A program made the position numbers and the translations under genes. This document shows, piece by piece, positions 13,200-26,999 of a DNA stretch of 64,000 bases. The stretch spans positions 12,834,001 to 12,898,000 of the forward strand of contig NC_043009.1 in the NCBI RefSeq assembly GCF_006345805.1, written 5' to 3'. The stretch's first letter is position 1, and each line of letters opens with the position of its first letter. Below the pieces are notes generated by a model. It did not search any database. It was given only the letters and a program-made list of their open reading frames with translations, and was not told the origin of the DNA. Source of the stretch: Octopus sinensis. Its lineage: Eukaryota.

Positions 13200-14620
13200 C
13201 TCAGAGACACATAATAGGCAGAGAATTTAACCGGAATCAAACAACAGTGTACAGAGACAAGGGAGGTGAAGCAGTAAATATTGTAGAAGCCCCATTCCAA
13301 GAAGAGAGACTCCGCTTGGAGAAAAATCAGGCGCGAAGCGGAGTTTAATCTAGATACTTTATGGCTGGAATGTTTTCAAGTAATAGTTGTCCCTGCATTA
13401 CACTCAAGATATACGGCATCGGTGGTGATACCGTGTGATTGTAATTCATAAGCTTCACCATGGAAAGGAAACCAGGAAGAAACAGAATTGTTGGATAGTG
13501 ATACAAGCAGCTAACCTTCTACCGACCATACCTTATCAATCTGTGCCAGAAAATTCTCGATGGAAATACTAGCACACCACGGCAGTTAACTCTGGCAGAG
13601 ACAAAACTGAATCCCAAAAGCACAACTAGACAGATGGCAAAAAACTACCGGCTAATTGAATGGCGGTCTTTAATTTTAAAAAAATACAGCATGTTTAAAC
13701 GTATTTTTCTAAGACCTTTATATAAGTAATAATATCATTACAGCAGAACGAAGCAGTTGGGAAAAAAGGAATTTGGGAACGTGCTGAATAATTGTTGATC
13801 AACAGAATTGTAATATCAGAGGAGCAGTGCAATAGGAAGGACCTGGTTTCAATGTGGATGGACTACAAAAAAGCCTTTGACTCTGCCTCCCAATTATGGA
13901 TGCTAGAAACTCTTCGACTTGCTAAATTTTCAGAGCATAATTAAAGCCACAGCTGACCTGATTTCATCTTGGGCCATCACCTTGAAGTTAAATGTAAGGA
14001 GTAACTGTTTTATCGCTGATAAAATGCAGGATTGCAGAAGTATATTCCAAAGAGACAGCCTCTTTGTGATACTGTTTATACTTTCTGTAAAGCCATTGCC
14101 ATTTATGCTGAAGATGTCTGAAGAGGATCACATTGGTTTAGAGAGAAAGACAGAAACAACAAGATAACATAAAACTTCTTTGCGGATGACTTGAAGTTGT
14201 ATGCAAGAAATATGCATGAGATGAAAAAGAGCCTCCACCTGGTTACAGTTTTCTCAAAGGATACAGGTAGGAGTTTGCTTAGGATAATGTTCCAATATGG
14301 TTGTGAAATAAAGGAAAACTATAAAACAGGCAAACATCATCTCTATCAATGCTTTAACTTTTTCACTTACATCTGATGAAGGATGTTTCAGGTACCTAGG
14401 GTAGATGAAAACATATCTTATGACGGTACTCGTAACGAAGGGTACGTTATTAAAGAACATAACAGCCGGATAAGCAAAATATGGAGAATGGGTTCTCTGC
14501 ATTCAATACGACTGTGGCCCACCATGTTTATGCAGGATCAGGACTCATACAAACATTTGGGCTCCTCGATTTGTTACTTTATGAAATCCGAGACATTGAT
14601 ATGAAAATCTGGAAGATACA
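13200..14620 (+). pseudogene. R4/Dong-clade non-LTR retrotransposon RT remnant
   Basis: WMDYKKAFDS, SIFQRDSL (GIFQGDSL equivalent), FADDLKLYA and FRYLG; many stops and frameshifts. Confidence 0.85.
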
Positions 14621-15049
14621 GATAATCAGAACAAGAGAACAGAACAGAAAGCTATGATAATCCACTGGGAGACATTCGTCTTCAGCCATTTAGACTAATT
14701 GTTATAATGTAGATCCTCGTCCACTTGTGTGTTATTGTCGGCACTGCAATATTCTTGTTGCCACTATTATGTTGTGACAGTATTCCGTGTTTTATTATCT
14801 TTGAATCGTCTTTCGTGCTATCGCCGGTAGCTTTGCAAGACGAAACGTCAGTAACTTGAACTCGTATATAACAAGTACCTAACACTGACTTCAACTAAGA
14901 ACTCGTACAACGACTCTACTGCTACGGACCTGCTACAACGACTTTGTAGTGGCTAAATCATACCACTTTGTCACGTGAGAAGGGGAGTACTATGTTCACT
15001 GGAACACTCCAAACTATGATTACCACACTGTAAAATTAACGGCGGAACA

Positions 15050-15480
15050 CAAAGAAATCTAGCGAAGCTACACAAAAACGATCGTCTCAATGCGACATGT
15101 GAGTTCCTGGGAGAGATTGAAAAAGTCAAAATTTCACTCCTTTAAACGGAGGCGAGAAACGAATACACCATGAGATTCTTGGAAGGACTTGTTCCAAACA
15201 TTGGCATTACACAACTAGCAGAATGAGGCGACACTGCATAGTGCCAATGATTTCAACATTGTCATCAGGACACAGAACGAGATACTGCAACAACTTGGGC
15301 TTAAAGGACCCACGTCTCTTCAATATCACCCCCAAAAGCCTGAGACACTTACATGGAGGGGATTTAAATACCTATAAAACAGAATTGGATCTTCTTCTGT
15401 GAAGAGTTCCGGGTTAATCCACCTCGCGGTAGGAAACACAAATGAGGGCAACAGCATCAAACTCCCTCATTCACCAAATT
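15050..15480 (+). pseudogene. CR1/L2-group LINE ORF2 C-terminal remnant
   Basis: SWERLKKSKFHSFKRRRE...EGLVPNIGI...KGPRLFNITPKSLR resembles the YWERLK.L.LYSLERRRER...GPRLFN.LP motif series. Confidence 0.75.
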
Positions 15481-15575
15481 CCACATGCTAGAGGAAATTT
15501 CAAGTAGTGAAGGGGTAACTGAGCTAACGGTGGTTCCCCAGCTTGGGTGCAACTTTCGAGCTGAAGCTAAAAAAG

Positions 15576-15628
<53 letters not shown>

Positions 15629-15759
15629 CACACACACATGTACACACACACATGTACACACATATTAGAAGAAGAAGGTAGTCAGAATTTTGGATAAAAA
15701 TTAATTAGCAATTTCAGTACTTCTGAGAGATTCATCATGAATGATTTATTTACAGAAAA

Positions 15760-16050
15760 TTACAGAATAAAGCAGTCACAGAGGAAGTACTTCCACTTTT
15801 CAATGACGTATCTCCTCGTACAGTTTTTCAGCTAAAAATCCCATCACCAGATTAGCATATGAGGATGATAATTTAGTACCCATAGCTGTTCCCTATATTT
15901 GTGGCTATGTTTTACCTTCAAAGTTAAAGGTGTTCTCCTCGAGTATCAATGATGCAATCTTGGTAATGAAGTCCAGTTTGAAACATTCGTTTATCTTCTC
16001 TCAATGTTTTTCTAGCAAGTGTTTGATTACTTCCAAGTTCAAATAAAGAT
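15760..16050 (-). pseudogene. Penelope-like element reverse transcriptase fragment
   Basis: Minus-strand translation ILEENTFNFEGKT*PQI*GTAMGTKLSSSYANLVMG, then WKYFLCDCFIL (WxRYxDDxF equivalent) after a frameshift. Confidence 0.85.
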
Positions 16051-16191
16051 TACTAATATCGAAATTTATAAATTTCAAGGACAGTGGGTGGGAGGTATAT
16101 ATATATGTATGCATGTATGTATCTATATCTATCTATATACCTATATGTGTGTGTGTGTTTATGTATGTATATACTTATAGTTATGTATATA

Positions 16192-16225
<34 letters not shown>

Positions 16226-16789
16226 ACAATATGATCGTGTACATATCTGTAAACTTTTTGTCATAAGGGAGTGATTCATTTCCATCGGAGATCTCTATGT
16301 ACGTACATATCGATTTTAGATCGGTATTCGTAGACTGTCTAATGTAAATTAATGTCTATTTTTAATCGAATATCTTAAGTGTCTAGTTTAATCTACTTCT
16401 AATATTAATATGCTTGACATAATTTCAACCATATAAACATGAAGTATCTCAAGGTGAAAGACATTTTAAATGATAAATAATGAAAATACAAGAAGTGATC
16501 GTTGTACAGTGGACAGTAAAAAGTTAGGAAATACCGACGATTCTCTGAAGACACAAATTAGTTAAAAAGAACAAATTTACTCTTGAATAGTGACATATAA
16601 GCGCTAATTACTATGGAGTATACCGGAGTTGATTCGGTGCAACGGTTAGGACTCTGGTTTGGATTATGACTGACTGTTCAAACGATTAGGGAGTATGATC
16701 AAGTGCAACATTTCCCGTCTTAGGTTTATGCTTAAAAAGTGTCTAATGTTTGCCCACAATAAAAGAATCTTAACTGTATAATATATCAC

Positions 16790-16886
<97 letters not shown>

Positions 16887-17021
16887 CAAACGGAAATAAG
16901 ACTTAACTATATATATGCTGAGACCCCCTTCTAACCGTGTGATTGCACCTAGAAAGTTACCCTCCCAGCCACAAGTCCAGGCAAGGTGGTTTATGGAAGA
17001 CCAGCAATCGCCCATGCATAC

Positions 17022-17255
17022 CTATTTCTTTATTACCCACAAGGGGCTAAACATAGAAGGGACAAACAAGGACAGACATAGGTATTAAGTCGATTGTATC
17101 GACCTCAGTGTGTAACTGGTACTTACTTAATCGACCTCGAAAGAATGAAAGGCAAAGTCGACCTCGGCGGAATTTGAACTCACAACGTAACTGCAGACGA
17201 AATACTGCTAAGCATTTAGCCCGGCGTGCTAACCGTTCTGCCAGCACACCGCCTT
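17022..17255 (-). mobile_element. SINE family A nested in an older repeat (16920-17370)
   Basis: Family-A unit flanked by duplicated TGCATACC. Confidence 0.9.
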
Positions 17256-17567
17256 GCATACCGGCCTCCCCTCTCCACGCCACCAGTGTTATCCAAGGGA
17301 AAGGCAAAGGCTGATACAGCTTGGCACCTGTGACGTCGCAACTCATTTCTACAGTTGAGTGAACTGGTTCCAATTTCTGGATTAAAACCATAAATAAGCT
17401 TCCTTTCTTCATCAACACAATACACGGGAAATATATAAATACAAATAATTGTACATAACGTACAAAGCAGATTCACACGTCTACATACAAATATATTTGC
17501 ACGTATAGATCGAAGATAAGTCAATTCTAATTCTCCTCACGACAGCCACATGTATATTATATGAATA

Positions 17568-17762
17568 TTGCCATGATAGATCGTTAGCCACTACACACAT
17601 TTGTTTTTCTCTCCTTGTTTTTTCTGTGTCACTTTCTGTAGAAGAGCGTAGGCTCGAAACGTAAAAGACTTTTTCTATTCCTGAGCATTATACTAATACA
17701 TCTGTTTGTTTTGTACACCACCTGTCTTCGTCTTTCGTTTTTTTTCGTAAACTCTCCCTATA
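17568..17762 (+). mobile_element. short PLE-derived repeat with a hammerhead-like motif
   Basis: Near-identical to 56680-56860 and (3' part) to 11288-11355; contains CTTT-CTGTAGAA-GAGC-GTAG-GCTC-GAAAC-GTA-AAAG; ends CTCTCCC-TATA. Confidence 0.7.
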
Positions 17763-18074
17763 TTATATGAATAGCCAAGCAGGAAATGGTATTCCGTCAG
17801 GAGTAAAAATAATTAAATTATTTTATTTTAACTATTAATTCATAATAGAATATAAGGATAAATCACACGTTAATGATTTCTATCAGGTAGTCAGCATGCT
17901 ATCAAAATTTATACATTAAATTAATAATAATATACATATGTTTATAATTATATTAAGGGAGCAAGGGCGAAAACGACCTATCTGCAGCATGCTTGAAGTG
18001 CCGAGACCTTCAAAACGCTACAAAAACTCCAGATAAATATATACATGACTGAAAGCGGGCTAGTGAAAGAATAT

Positions 18075-18116
<42 letters not shown>

Positions 18117-18124
18117 CACATTGA

Positions 18125-18405
18125 TTACTGTTGCTACACATCGCTGGTCACAATGCGCTTCGCATAGTTTTAGCCTTAAAATGACGCCACCCCGTTGGCT
18201 AATCAGGCAGACCAACAGAAGAAAGAGCGAGAGAAAGTTGTGGCGAAAAAGTACAGCAGGGATCGCCACCACCCCCTGCCGGAGCCTCGTGGAGATTTAG
18301 GTGTTTTCGCTCAATAAACACTCACAACGCCCGGTCTGGGAATCGAAACCGCGATCTTGCGACCGCGAGTCCTCTGCCCTAACCACTGGGCCATTGGGCC
18401 TCCAC
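18125..18405 (-). mobile_element. tRNA-derived SINE, family C
   Basis: The minus strand begins GTGGAGGCCCAATGGCCCAGTGGTTAGGGC...GGTTTCGATTCCC (A/B boxes); the body is shared with 55330-55503. Confidence 0.85.
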
Positions 18406-19723
18406 ACACACATATAATAACGACACACACGCATACACAAACACACACAATTACAAACGCAAACACATGCGCATATTACATCACAGAAGAATAAAATGAA
18501 CTAAGCTGAGCAGCAAGAACACACAAGAGGACGGAAAGTGTCACTAAAGAGGTCACAGAGGTGTGACGAAAGATTTCCGGACAATAGACACGAGTAATAA
18601 ACAAGGGAAGAACGAATGTATAGTGCGTGTGTTTATTTGGAAAAAAATTACCGTCCCGAAATACATCTATTTCATTTCAGGTTTTCACCCCAGGAATCTA
18701 GTAAAACAAATTCATACTCGTAACACCCCACCCACCAATAGATATTTATATATGCGCTTACAAATAATTATGTATTATGGAGCTCGATTTTGGTTTTGCT
18801 GCATTTGTTAGTAAAAAACCATGTTTTGGCATTCTATTTATTTCTGTTGGTGTCTGGTGGTCTTAAGAAGGCACCAGCACGCCAAATGGAAATTTTGAGT
18901 TATTTGGATGATGATTTGTACTTTCAAAGAATAATCAACATGGTTGATAACTTTTAAACAAGCTTCCAGACAAAAAAAAAAAAAAAAAACCCAGCCATTA
19001 TAAAACAACGAAAAATTGGGAGATGTAAAAAGATGACAGAACTGAATAGAAAGAAAATTCGAGAAGTGTTAAAGAGACCTGACGTAAACGAATTAAAAAA
19101 AAGTTTGCAGGAATATCTTGAGAGAATGGTAAATAAAAATAATTCATTTGATCTTTGTTATTTTAATGAAGAAATATTCTCGTCCTTCAACTGTCATAAT
19201 TAAATCTTTGGATGTCTTCCACTTCGCCATTATCATTAACTCTACAATTAACTACACGCCCCCAAATAACTGAAACTACCATTTCAGAATATTACTCCTC
19301 CTTTCTTCACCGCATTCTCTCCTCTTCCTATTCCTATTTCTCCTCCGCCTCCTCCTACAAGAACAACTATAACAAAAGGAAGAACATCACTGACAGTAGA
19401 ACCTACCCCGGAAATAACTGAAGCACTAAAACAAATTCCCCAGTTGCATCTAGCGATACCACCACCAACACAACGACCACAATCACAAGCTATAGTTGTC
19501 AGCCAATAAGTAAATCGTGCGTCCTTTTAACCATTCGGCTTCAGTTCTTCTAAGTTGGTCCCATTGTTGTAATTCGTACTTGATTTCTGTATTCGGCCGT
19601 CGAAGAAATTTCTTCGGAATATATCTAGTCACATGTTATAGAGATTTGATTTATCCATGATTACAATTCCGGTAATTTTTCCGGCCTTGGTACTTATAAA
19701 TCCTCTGATCTGCAGTTGTGCAT

Positions 19724-19754
<31 letters not shown>

Positions 19755-20012
19755 TTTCTCTCTCACTTATTTACCGAACTATATACCAATGTAAAACGTA
19801 TCTGTTTTACAGTGTTCAAGAAGCAGATGTTTAAACTATAATTAATACTTAAGTTATGATTAATCTCTATATATGTACATAGAGATTAATCATATATATA
19901 ATCGTATATATAAGTACTCTCTCTCTCTCTCTATATATATATATAAGAAGAAAAAGAAAATGAAGATGGGGAAGTAAATAATTCCTTATTATTAACAGCA
20001 AATTAATCATCA

Positions 20013-20098
20013 TCCCTTACAGCTGTTTCAATCAATACTCAGTAAATATTAAGTAAATAGTAAATTTATACGACCTGACCATAATATCTTCAGCGGGA
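20013..20098 (-). ncRNA. degenerate type I hammerhead motif
   Basis: TCCCG-CTGAAGA-...-GAAA-CAGCTG-TA-AGGGA; palindromic stem III ACAGCTGT; weak stem II. Confidence 0.5.
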
Positions 20099-20197
20099 CA
20101 GAATTATAACGTTGGATGTTTTATCCAAGGGTATATTTTTGCCCTCTTTCTATGCTTTTATATGGATATAAACTATATGTTTCTCTCTCTCTCCCCC

Positions 20198-20267
<70 letters not shown>

Positions 20268-20807
20268 TTAAGGAAATTAATGCCCCCACAATACTAGGTG
20301 TTGAACCAGTATTTATTTGGACGAAACCATTCCTTCATGAGATAACGCAACCACTAAACGAAGTGTGTGTGTGTAGATATATATATATATTATATATATA
20401 TATATATACAAGATAAGAAAATGGAGAGATACATCTAAATCAAATTACCAGATAATACTCAATCACATACTTTATTAAACCACCACAAAAGAGACTGTAG
20501 GGTTAAACATAAAAAAGCAGAACAAATCAGTGTACATAAAGGAATTTACATAAAAAAGTGTACATAAAAGAGTAATGATATTTGATTTAGATGTATTTCT
20601 CCATTTTCTTATCTTGTATTAGTAATTTGTGGTAAATCATTTTACCTTTGCTCATATAATACAGTAAATGAATTGATTGCATCGCAATCCTTAACATTTA
20701 TGTATTAACTTTGTTGGGTATTTCACTAGTAGTATATTGGATATATGTTATCCCATGGAGGGTTGCATTTACAACCCCTATCTCAATTTGCATATATATA
20801 TATATAT

Positions 20808-21076
20808 AAATTAATGAAAGGATATACTAAGTATGTCTACCTGCTGGAAATAAGAGTCAAAACTCTTATTTAAATCGCCATTATACACTAATAATAACTA
20901 CAGAAATCAACCGTCCGAAGGTAAACGGGCTACGGGCTAAGACAATTGTCTCAGTCCGTTTGCCTTCGGACGGTTGATTTCTGTAGTCATTATCAATGTA
21001 TTTTGGCGATTTAAATAAGAGTTTTGACTCTTATTTCCAGCAGGTAAACATACTTAATATGTCCTTTGATTAATTT
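20808..21076. repeat. ~270-bp palindrome next to (TA)n
   Basis: Arm CCTGCTGGAAATAAGAGTCAAAACTCTTATTTAAATCGCC...ACAGAAATCAACCGTCCGAAGG and its reverse complement; centre GACAATTGTC. Confidence 0.9.
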
Positions 21077-22453
21077 TTAATCCTTCAGCTATTTAATGTT
21101 TCTTTGGGGGCCTATATTATTGATTCTGTTATCAGTTTTAAATTGTTACACTAGATAACAGAGTCAGTGATATCTTAGCAAGTTTTTTTTCGTGAATTGG
21201 TTTTCTCGTGAAATATTTGTTCCATACTGAAATTAACCCCCCCCCCCCCACACACATACACACACACAAAGGACAAAAAGGAATATTTTATGGTGTTTAA
21301 CCTGTGCGTATGTTTAGATTTATGATGCAAATTTATCTATCTATCAGAATTCCTTAAAGAAGTATTAAAATTGTTTATAATTATCATTATCCTCTGATGA
21401 GCTCTGATATATATGAGTATAAATGTATGTTTATATGCATGTATATTTTGTGTCGCTGTGTATATAATAAACAAGATTTTTTTCTTAAAATTCACTGAAA
21501 AAGTGTTTATCTAAACGATTGTTGTTGGTGTTTTTATAATTCCGCACCAAACACCATAAAAACATTTCTTGAAAGAAAATGAATATATAAATAACCGTTA
21601 GAGCGAGCATGTCTTGCAGTAAGGAAGTGGTTGTAATGAACACAAAAGGAATCGCGAAGAAAGCGGATATGCTCTCCGACCGGAAGTTGATGCTGGAAGG
21701 CTGTGAACATGATTGCGGAAGCAGATGTATGGAGTGACACAGTAGCAATGAAAACAACAGCAACGACTACAAAACGAATTGTTAAGACATCAAGAACATC
21801 AACAGCAACACTTGTTTCCATGAGAAGACTCTGCGAAAGAAAAAGAGAGAAAAACATAGCGATGGAGAAATCGAACATATAATGTTTAAATAAACTCACA
21901 TAAAATGGACAAAGAAGTTCAGGTAAAATATGTAGATTATTCCAAACTAAATTTTATTTGTCTATCTATAAAAAGAGCATAGCGTGGACTATGGTTCAAA
22001 AGGAGACTTTGTAGCGATTTATATTATGCGTGAATAAAAGATTCAATGGTGAAGGTTCGTATACTTTTGATCAGCACAAGCCTGGTGTTTAATAACTGCA
22101 ATATGAACCGCAGCAACATCAAAAGCGAGAACAACAATATGGCGGCCAATACTCATAAATCGTTGATATTGAAAATGTGTGAATCAAAATCCAGCCTAAA
22201 CTGCACGTTATCTTAATCATAGAAAAAATTAACAAGATAAATGCTTTGCAATTTTTCTCAGATAGTAAATATCCATAAATAAATGGTAAAATATGCAGTT
22301 AACAGTTTGAAAAGTGCATCTTCACTATCAATAATGACTCCACCGGAAGCACAGAGCATTCTATCTTTGAGAACGTTCGATGAAAGAATCGAACTAAAAA
22401 TGTATTCTTTATCAGTACTTTCAATATATACACCACCGCATCATCAAAACCAT

Positions 22454-22454
<1 letters not shown>

Positions 22455-22497
<43 letters not shown>

Positions 22498-22537
22498 ACT
22501 ACTACTACTACTACTACTACTGCTACTGCTGCTGCTG

Positions 22538-22572
<35 letters not shown>

Positions 22573-22588
22573 TCTATTACTACTACTA

Positions 22589-22654
<66 letters not shown>

Positions 22655-22678
22655 TTACCACTATTGCTGCTGCTGCTG

Positions 22679-22714
<36 letters not shown>

Positions 22715-22735
22715 GTAGTAGTAGTAGTAGTCTTA
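22455..22735. repeat. compound (CTA)n/(CTG)n trinucleotide microsatellite
   Basis: Direct reading; source of the poly-L/poly-S/poly-V ORFs. Confidence 0.95.
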
Positions 22736-24048
22736 CTGCTACCTCTTATCGTCATCGTCATCATCTTCATGATAGCCACTACATCAGATCCCAACATCAC
22801 CATCATCATTACGAGGTTATCGTAAATAGATAGATTTACGCGGGATCGTGTATGTCTGCGCTTTACCGACCAAAGAACCGGTGACAAGTGTTTGAAACGC
22901 TGGATTTCGAAATGATGGGAATTGACACCTCTTTAGTATTGTTGGCTGGTAATTCGAGACTTTTGTACTGTTTCGTCTGGGAATGAGCGATGCGTTTCTC
23001 AAACACATTCGCCTTTAATACTGTTTAGTTTACACATGAGACTCACAGTTTAAACGAAGTTTTACAAAATGTATCTTCTTGGAATGTTTATATGAAATAC
23101 ACAGAGGGGGAGCAAAGTACATAGCACAATATGGCAAGCAGATTAAAAAATTTTAATTCCTTACATCTCAACTCCTCGGCCACACAAGAAGTGATGGAAG
23201 ATGCCACAATCAGAGTATGAAGTCATCATAGAAGCCTTATTTTCTTTACTCCTAATCCTATCAGATACAGTCTGGCAAGTAAGATACCGTCCTCTTTGGC
23301 CATTAATACAATTGAGAAATATGAGCCTAAGAACATCCCATGATAACTAAGCAATTCTTTCTAGTCTACCGCCGTGGTGACATAGAAGGCCACTAATCTC
23401 ATGGCACTATCTTGATTGCTAATCACGTGTAAACATGAAATTTAATATTGATGACCATCAAGCCGCGTCTACCGAGTGCCATCAGATCATTCTTACCTTA
23501 AGATGTAGACTTTTCCTAATCAACCTTATATGGCAAAGATTGACTGGAAGAGACACACAAGTATGTGCATCTTGCTAGAAGAGTCAATACATGCGTACCG
23601 GAAAGTGTAGTTCGTTAAATTTTACCATATATATATATACGAAGCTATTCCATGTCGTAGGCCAGGTAGCCTTGCAACCACATGATTGCATATTACAAAC
23701 ACTTCAAATCTTCCATTGTCAATGAAAACGGGAAGGCGAAAAAAGTGTACCTGCCAGGAGCTAGATTACTTTTATGTACTCTCAGAAGTATTCATATAAC
23801 GTTGACACTTCATCTCGGCACGTACGAATTCCTTCAAATTCTGTATAAAGAGGATGCGAAAAAGATCCTTCATCGATACTTTGTTACTGCCTAGTCAGTA
23901 TATTGTCTAGAATTTCTAAAGAGTTCCTTTTATTTTGTGCAAAACCAACAGCTTTTATTGCTGGGTTCCTCATTGACGTTAGCAGCATTTACTGTGTTAA
24001 TAATCTCAATGGAGTAATAACCATTAAAAATAATATTTCCGACTAGTT

Positions 24049-24444
24049 AGGCGCAGGCGTAGTTATGTGGTAAAGGCAGCGAGCTGGCAGAATTGTTAGC
24101 ACGCCGGGCGAAATGCTTAGCGGTATTTCGTCTGCCTATACGTTCTGAGTTCAAATTCCGCCGAGGTCGACTTTACCCTTCATCCTTTCGGGGTCGATAA
24201 ATTAAGTACCAGTTACGCACTGGGGTCGATGTAATCAACTTAATCCCTTTGTCTGTCCTTGTTTGTCCCCTCTATGTTTAGCCCCTTGTGGGCAATAAAG
24301 AAATAAGAAGCTTGCTTTCCAACTACATGGTTTCGGGTTCAGTCCCAGTGCGTGGCACCTTGGACAAGTGTCTTTTCCTATAGCCTCGAGCCGACCAAAG
24401 TCTTGGGAGTGGATTTCGTAGACGGAAACTGAAAGAAGCCCGTC

Positions 24445-24509
<65 letters not shown>

Positions 24510-24735
24510 CGCGCGTGTATGTGTGTGTTTGTCCCCCGACCATCGCTTAACAGCCGATGTTGGTGTGTTTAAGTCCTCGTAACTTAGCAGTTCGGCAAAA
24601 TAACCAATAGAGTAAGTACTAAACCTACAAAGCATAAATCCTGGGCTCGATGTCTTCAACTAAAACCCTTTAAGGTAGTGCCCTAGCATGGCCACAGCTA
24701 AATAACTGAAACCAAAAGAATAACTAAAATAACTA
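24049..24735 (+). mobile_element. SINE family B interrupted by a family-A SINE (24074-24306)
   Basis: B head TAGGCGCAGG...TGTGGTAA, then a complete A unit, then B resumes at GAAGCTTGCTTTCC. Confidence 0.92.
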
Positions 24736-25294
24736 CAAGAATAATAATTTTTTCTTTGGTGAAGCGTATTCCTCACACCTCTCTGTGTTTGGTGAGCTGT
24801 TACTACCATTGTACATAAACCACTGAAAATCCATTTTGTTGGATGACATGTCTGAAAAATAACTTCTTTGAAAATATCTTACGGCTAAAATTTTTAGAGC
24901 GCAAAAATATAAATTATTTTTTCCGCCTACACACAAGAGGGAAAATTCGAAGACAAAAAGTCTTTTCTTTGAAAGACAGAAAAAAAAAGTAGAAAAGAAT
25001 ACCAACTTTTGGAGCACAAAATTCTGACACTTAGTTTACTGACATCAAGCATAAATGGCGGCAAACCGACTCCCTTTGAACTGAAAGTGAAGTGGTAAAG
25101 GGTCATAACTAGAAACAGCAATGCAGATAGTCCGTTGCTATCTTGTATTTAGCGGTAAATAATGAAGTGGAAGAAAGGAAAGAAGACAGAACTGCATTCT
25201 TGCACCAAAACATCATAGATAGATAGATAGAGAGATAGATAGATAGATAGAGAGAGAGAGATAGATAGATAGATTGATAGATAGATAGATAAAT

Positions 25295-25351
<57 letters not shown>

Positions 25352-26521
25352 TGAGAAAAACTAGAGAGCAAATTAAATACAGTGTTTTAATAGTCATATT
25401 GTACAATAAAATGATGATAAGAATAATTCTTTATTGATCGTAAAAACCAAAACCGAAACAAAACATTTAGGACGAGTAAAAGAGAAAGGAAAGTGATGAT
25501 TCGCACATAAACACGTCATCAATAAAACAATAACAATCAATATAAAAAAATTATACAACATGATTCTCCAATGTGGGCTATTACCGCACAGAAGCAAACA
25601 AAAGCTCCACCGATCGTGGATCACTCTAAGCTCCAAGGATACTACAATAAGAATTATTTCCATCCGTCTTGTCCAACCTACAAACGCAGCCTCGGAGCAG
25701 GCCCACTCTTTCGGTAAATTCAGCCACATTTCACTTTCGGTGAATTTACCGACGAACAGTACTTCCTTCTCCCTAATTGCTTTCCTTTTTAAAGGGAGCA
25801 TTAAAAAACCGATAAGGGCTTCTTCCAAGAGGAATGTGTATCTTCAGTTTTTCATCATAGGAACCGGACAAAGGACAACTGCCGGCCAAAGGAGGAGGAT
25901 AAGACGAGAGTAGTTATTCGACTTAACTTCACAAATCCGAAATGCTCTGGAACCGTAAGAGGCTGAGCAGAGTGAGCTCATCGCTGTGTGCACATCTTGG
26001 GCTGATAGCCTGTATAGTTTATCCTGATCAGGCAATGCCCTCTGGTAAGCATTGCAAGGCAAGAGGTTTCTGGAAATTATCCATAAGACCCCGTCCTGTC
26101 TACAAAAAGTAGAAGAGCAAGGAATAGTAGATGACAGGTAAGATATAGGTATTTCCTACCCTCACCTTCACCTTACACTTCAAGGAAAGCTTTCTCTTGT
26201 CCTATTCCTAGATGAGACTGCTCACTCTGCTTGTCACATTGTTTACATAAAGGTCCGGACCAAGCCAGACCCCGAGCAAATAAAAGGCAAATTTGGCATC
26301 GACGAGATTCGAACACAAAATGTGAACAGCCAGAAGAAATATTTCAACACATTTTCTCCGGCGCTCTAATGATTCTGCCAAACCACATACCAAAGTCTGA
26401 AATTTGAGGGAGGTGGATAATTGAAGCCATTGAGGCCAATATTAGACAGGTGCTTAGTTTTATCAACCTTGAAATAATATTAATTACTGCTACTGATATT
26501 TTGAGATATATTTACATAGGA

Positions 26522-26571
<50 letters not shown>

Positions 26572-26999
26572 GAGGACGTTTAACATATGAGAGCGATAAA
26601 ATACTACTCCGAAATTTATCCAAAAACATCGGGAATAAAGACATCACATGGAGCCAAAAATAGCCGACGAAGTGTTGGACTATAGCCGAGTAAGTAATAC
26701 TCATTGAAATTTATTTCTATTTTCCAAATGAAATGATATATTTTAACTGTGTATCATATCCACTGCTCGCACAGCACATGTAAACACGCTCGCCCCATTA
26801 CGATTTAATCAACACCAGATCATCTCCGCCCCCAAACACTATATACAAAAAAATTAAAAACAAATTGAATAATACCGGTATTATTCAACCGAAGAATAAC
26901 AATCGGGAAGTACGTACTTTAAGCTTGTTACACAAAAAGTACGAAAAACTACACGCGCAAAACACTTTAACACCATAAATAATTGGACCGGTACCATAC

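Noticed and set aside
21394-21420. CTGATGAGCTC hammerhead half-core
   Set aside because: No matching GAAA, stem III or stem I downstream; similar incomplete cores at about 10119, 16527 and 46922 were not counted.
22283-22887. Long poly-L/poly-S/poly-V ORFs (likewise 35842-36473, 45896-46331, 63110-63557 and all YI/IYLS ORFs)
   Set aside because: Produced by stop-free microsatellite frames.
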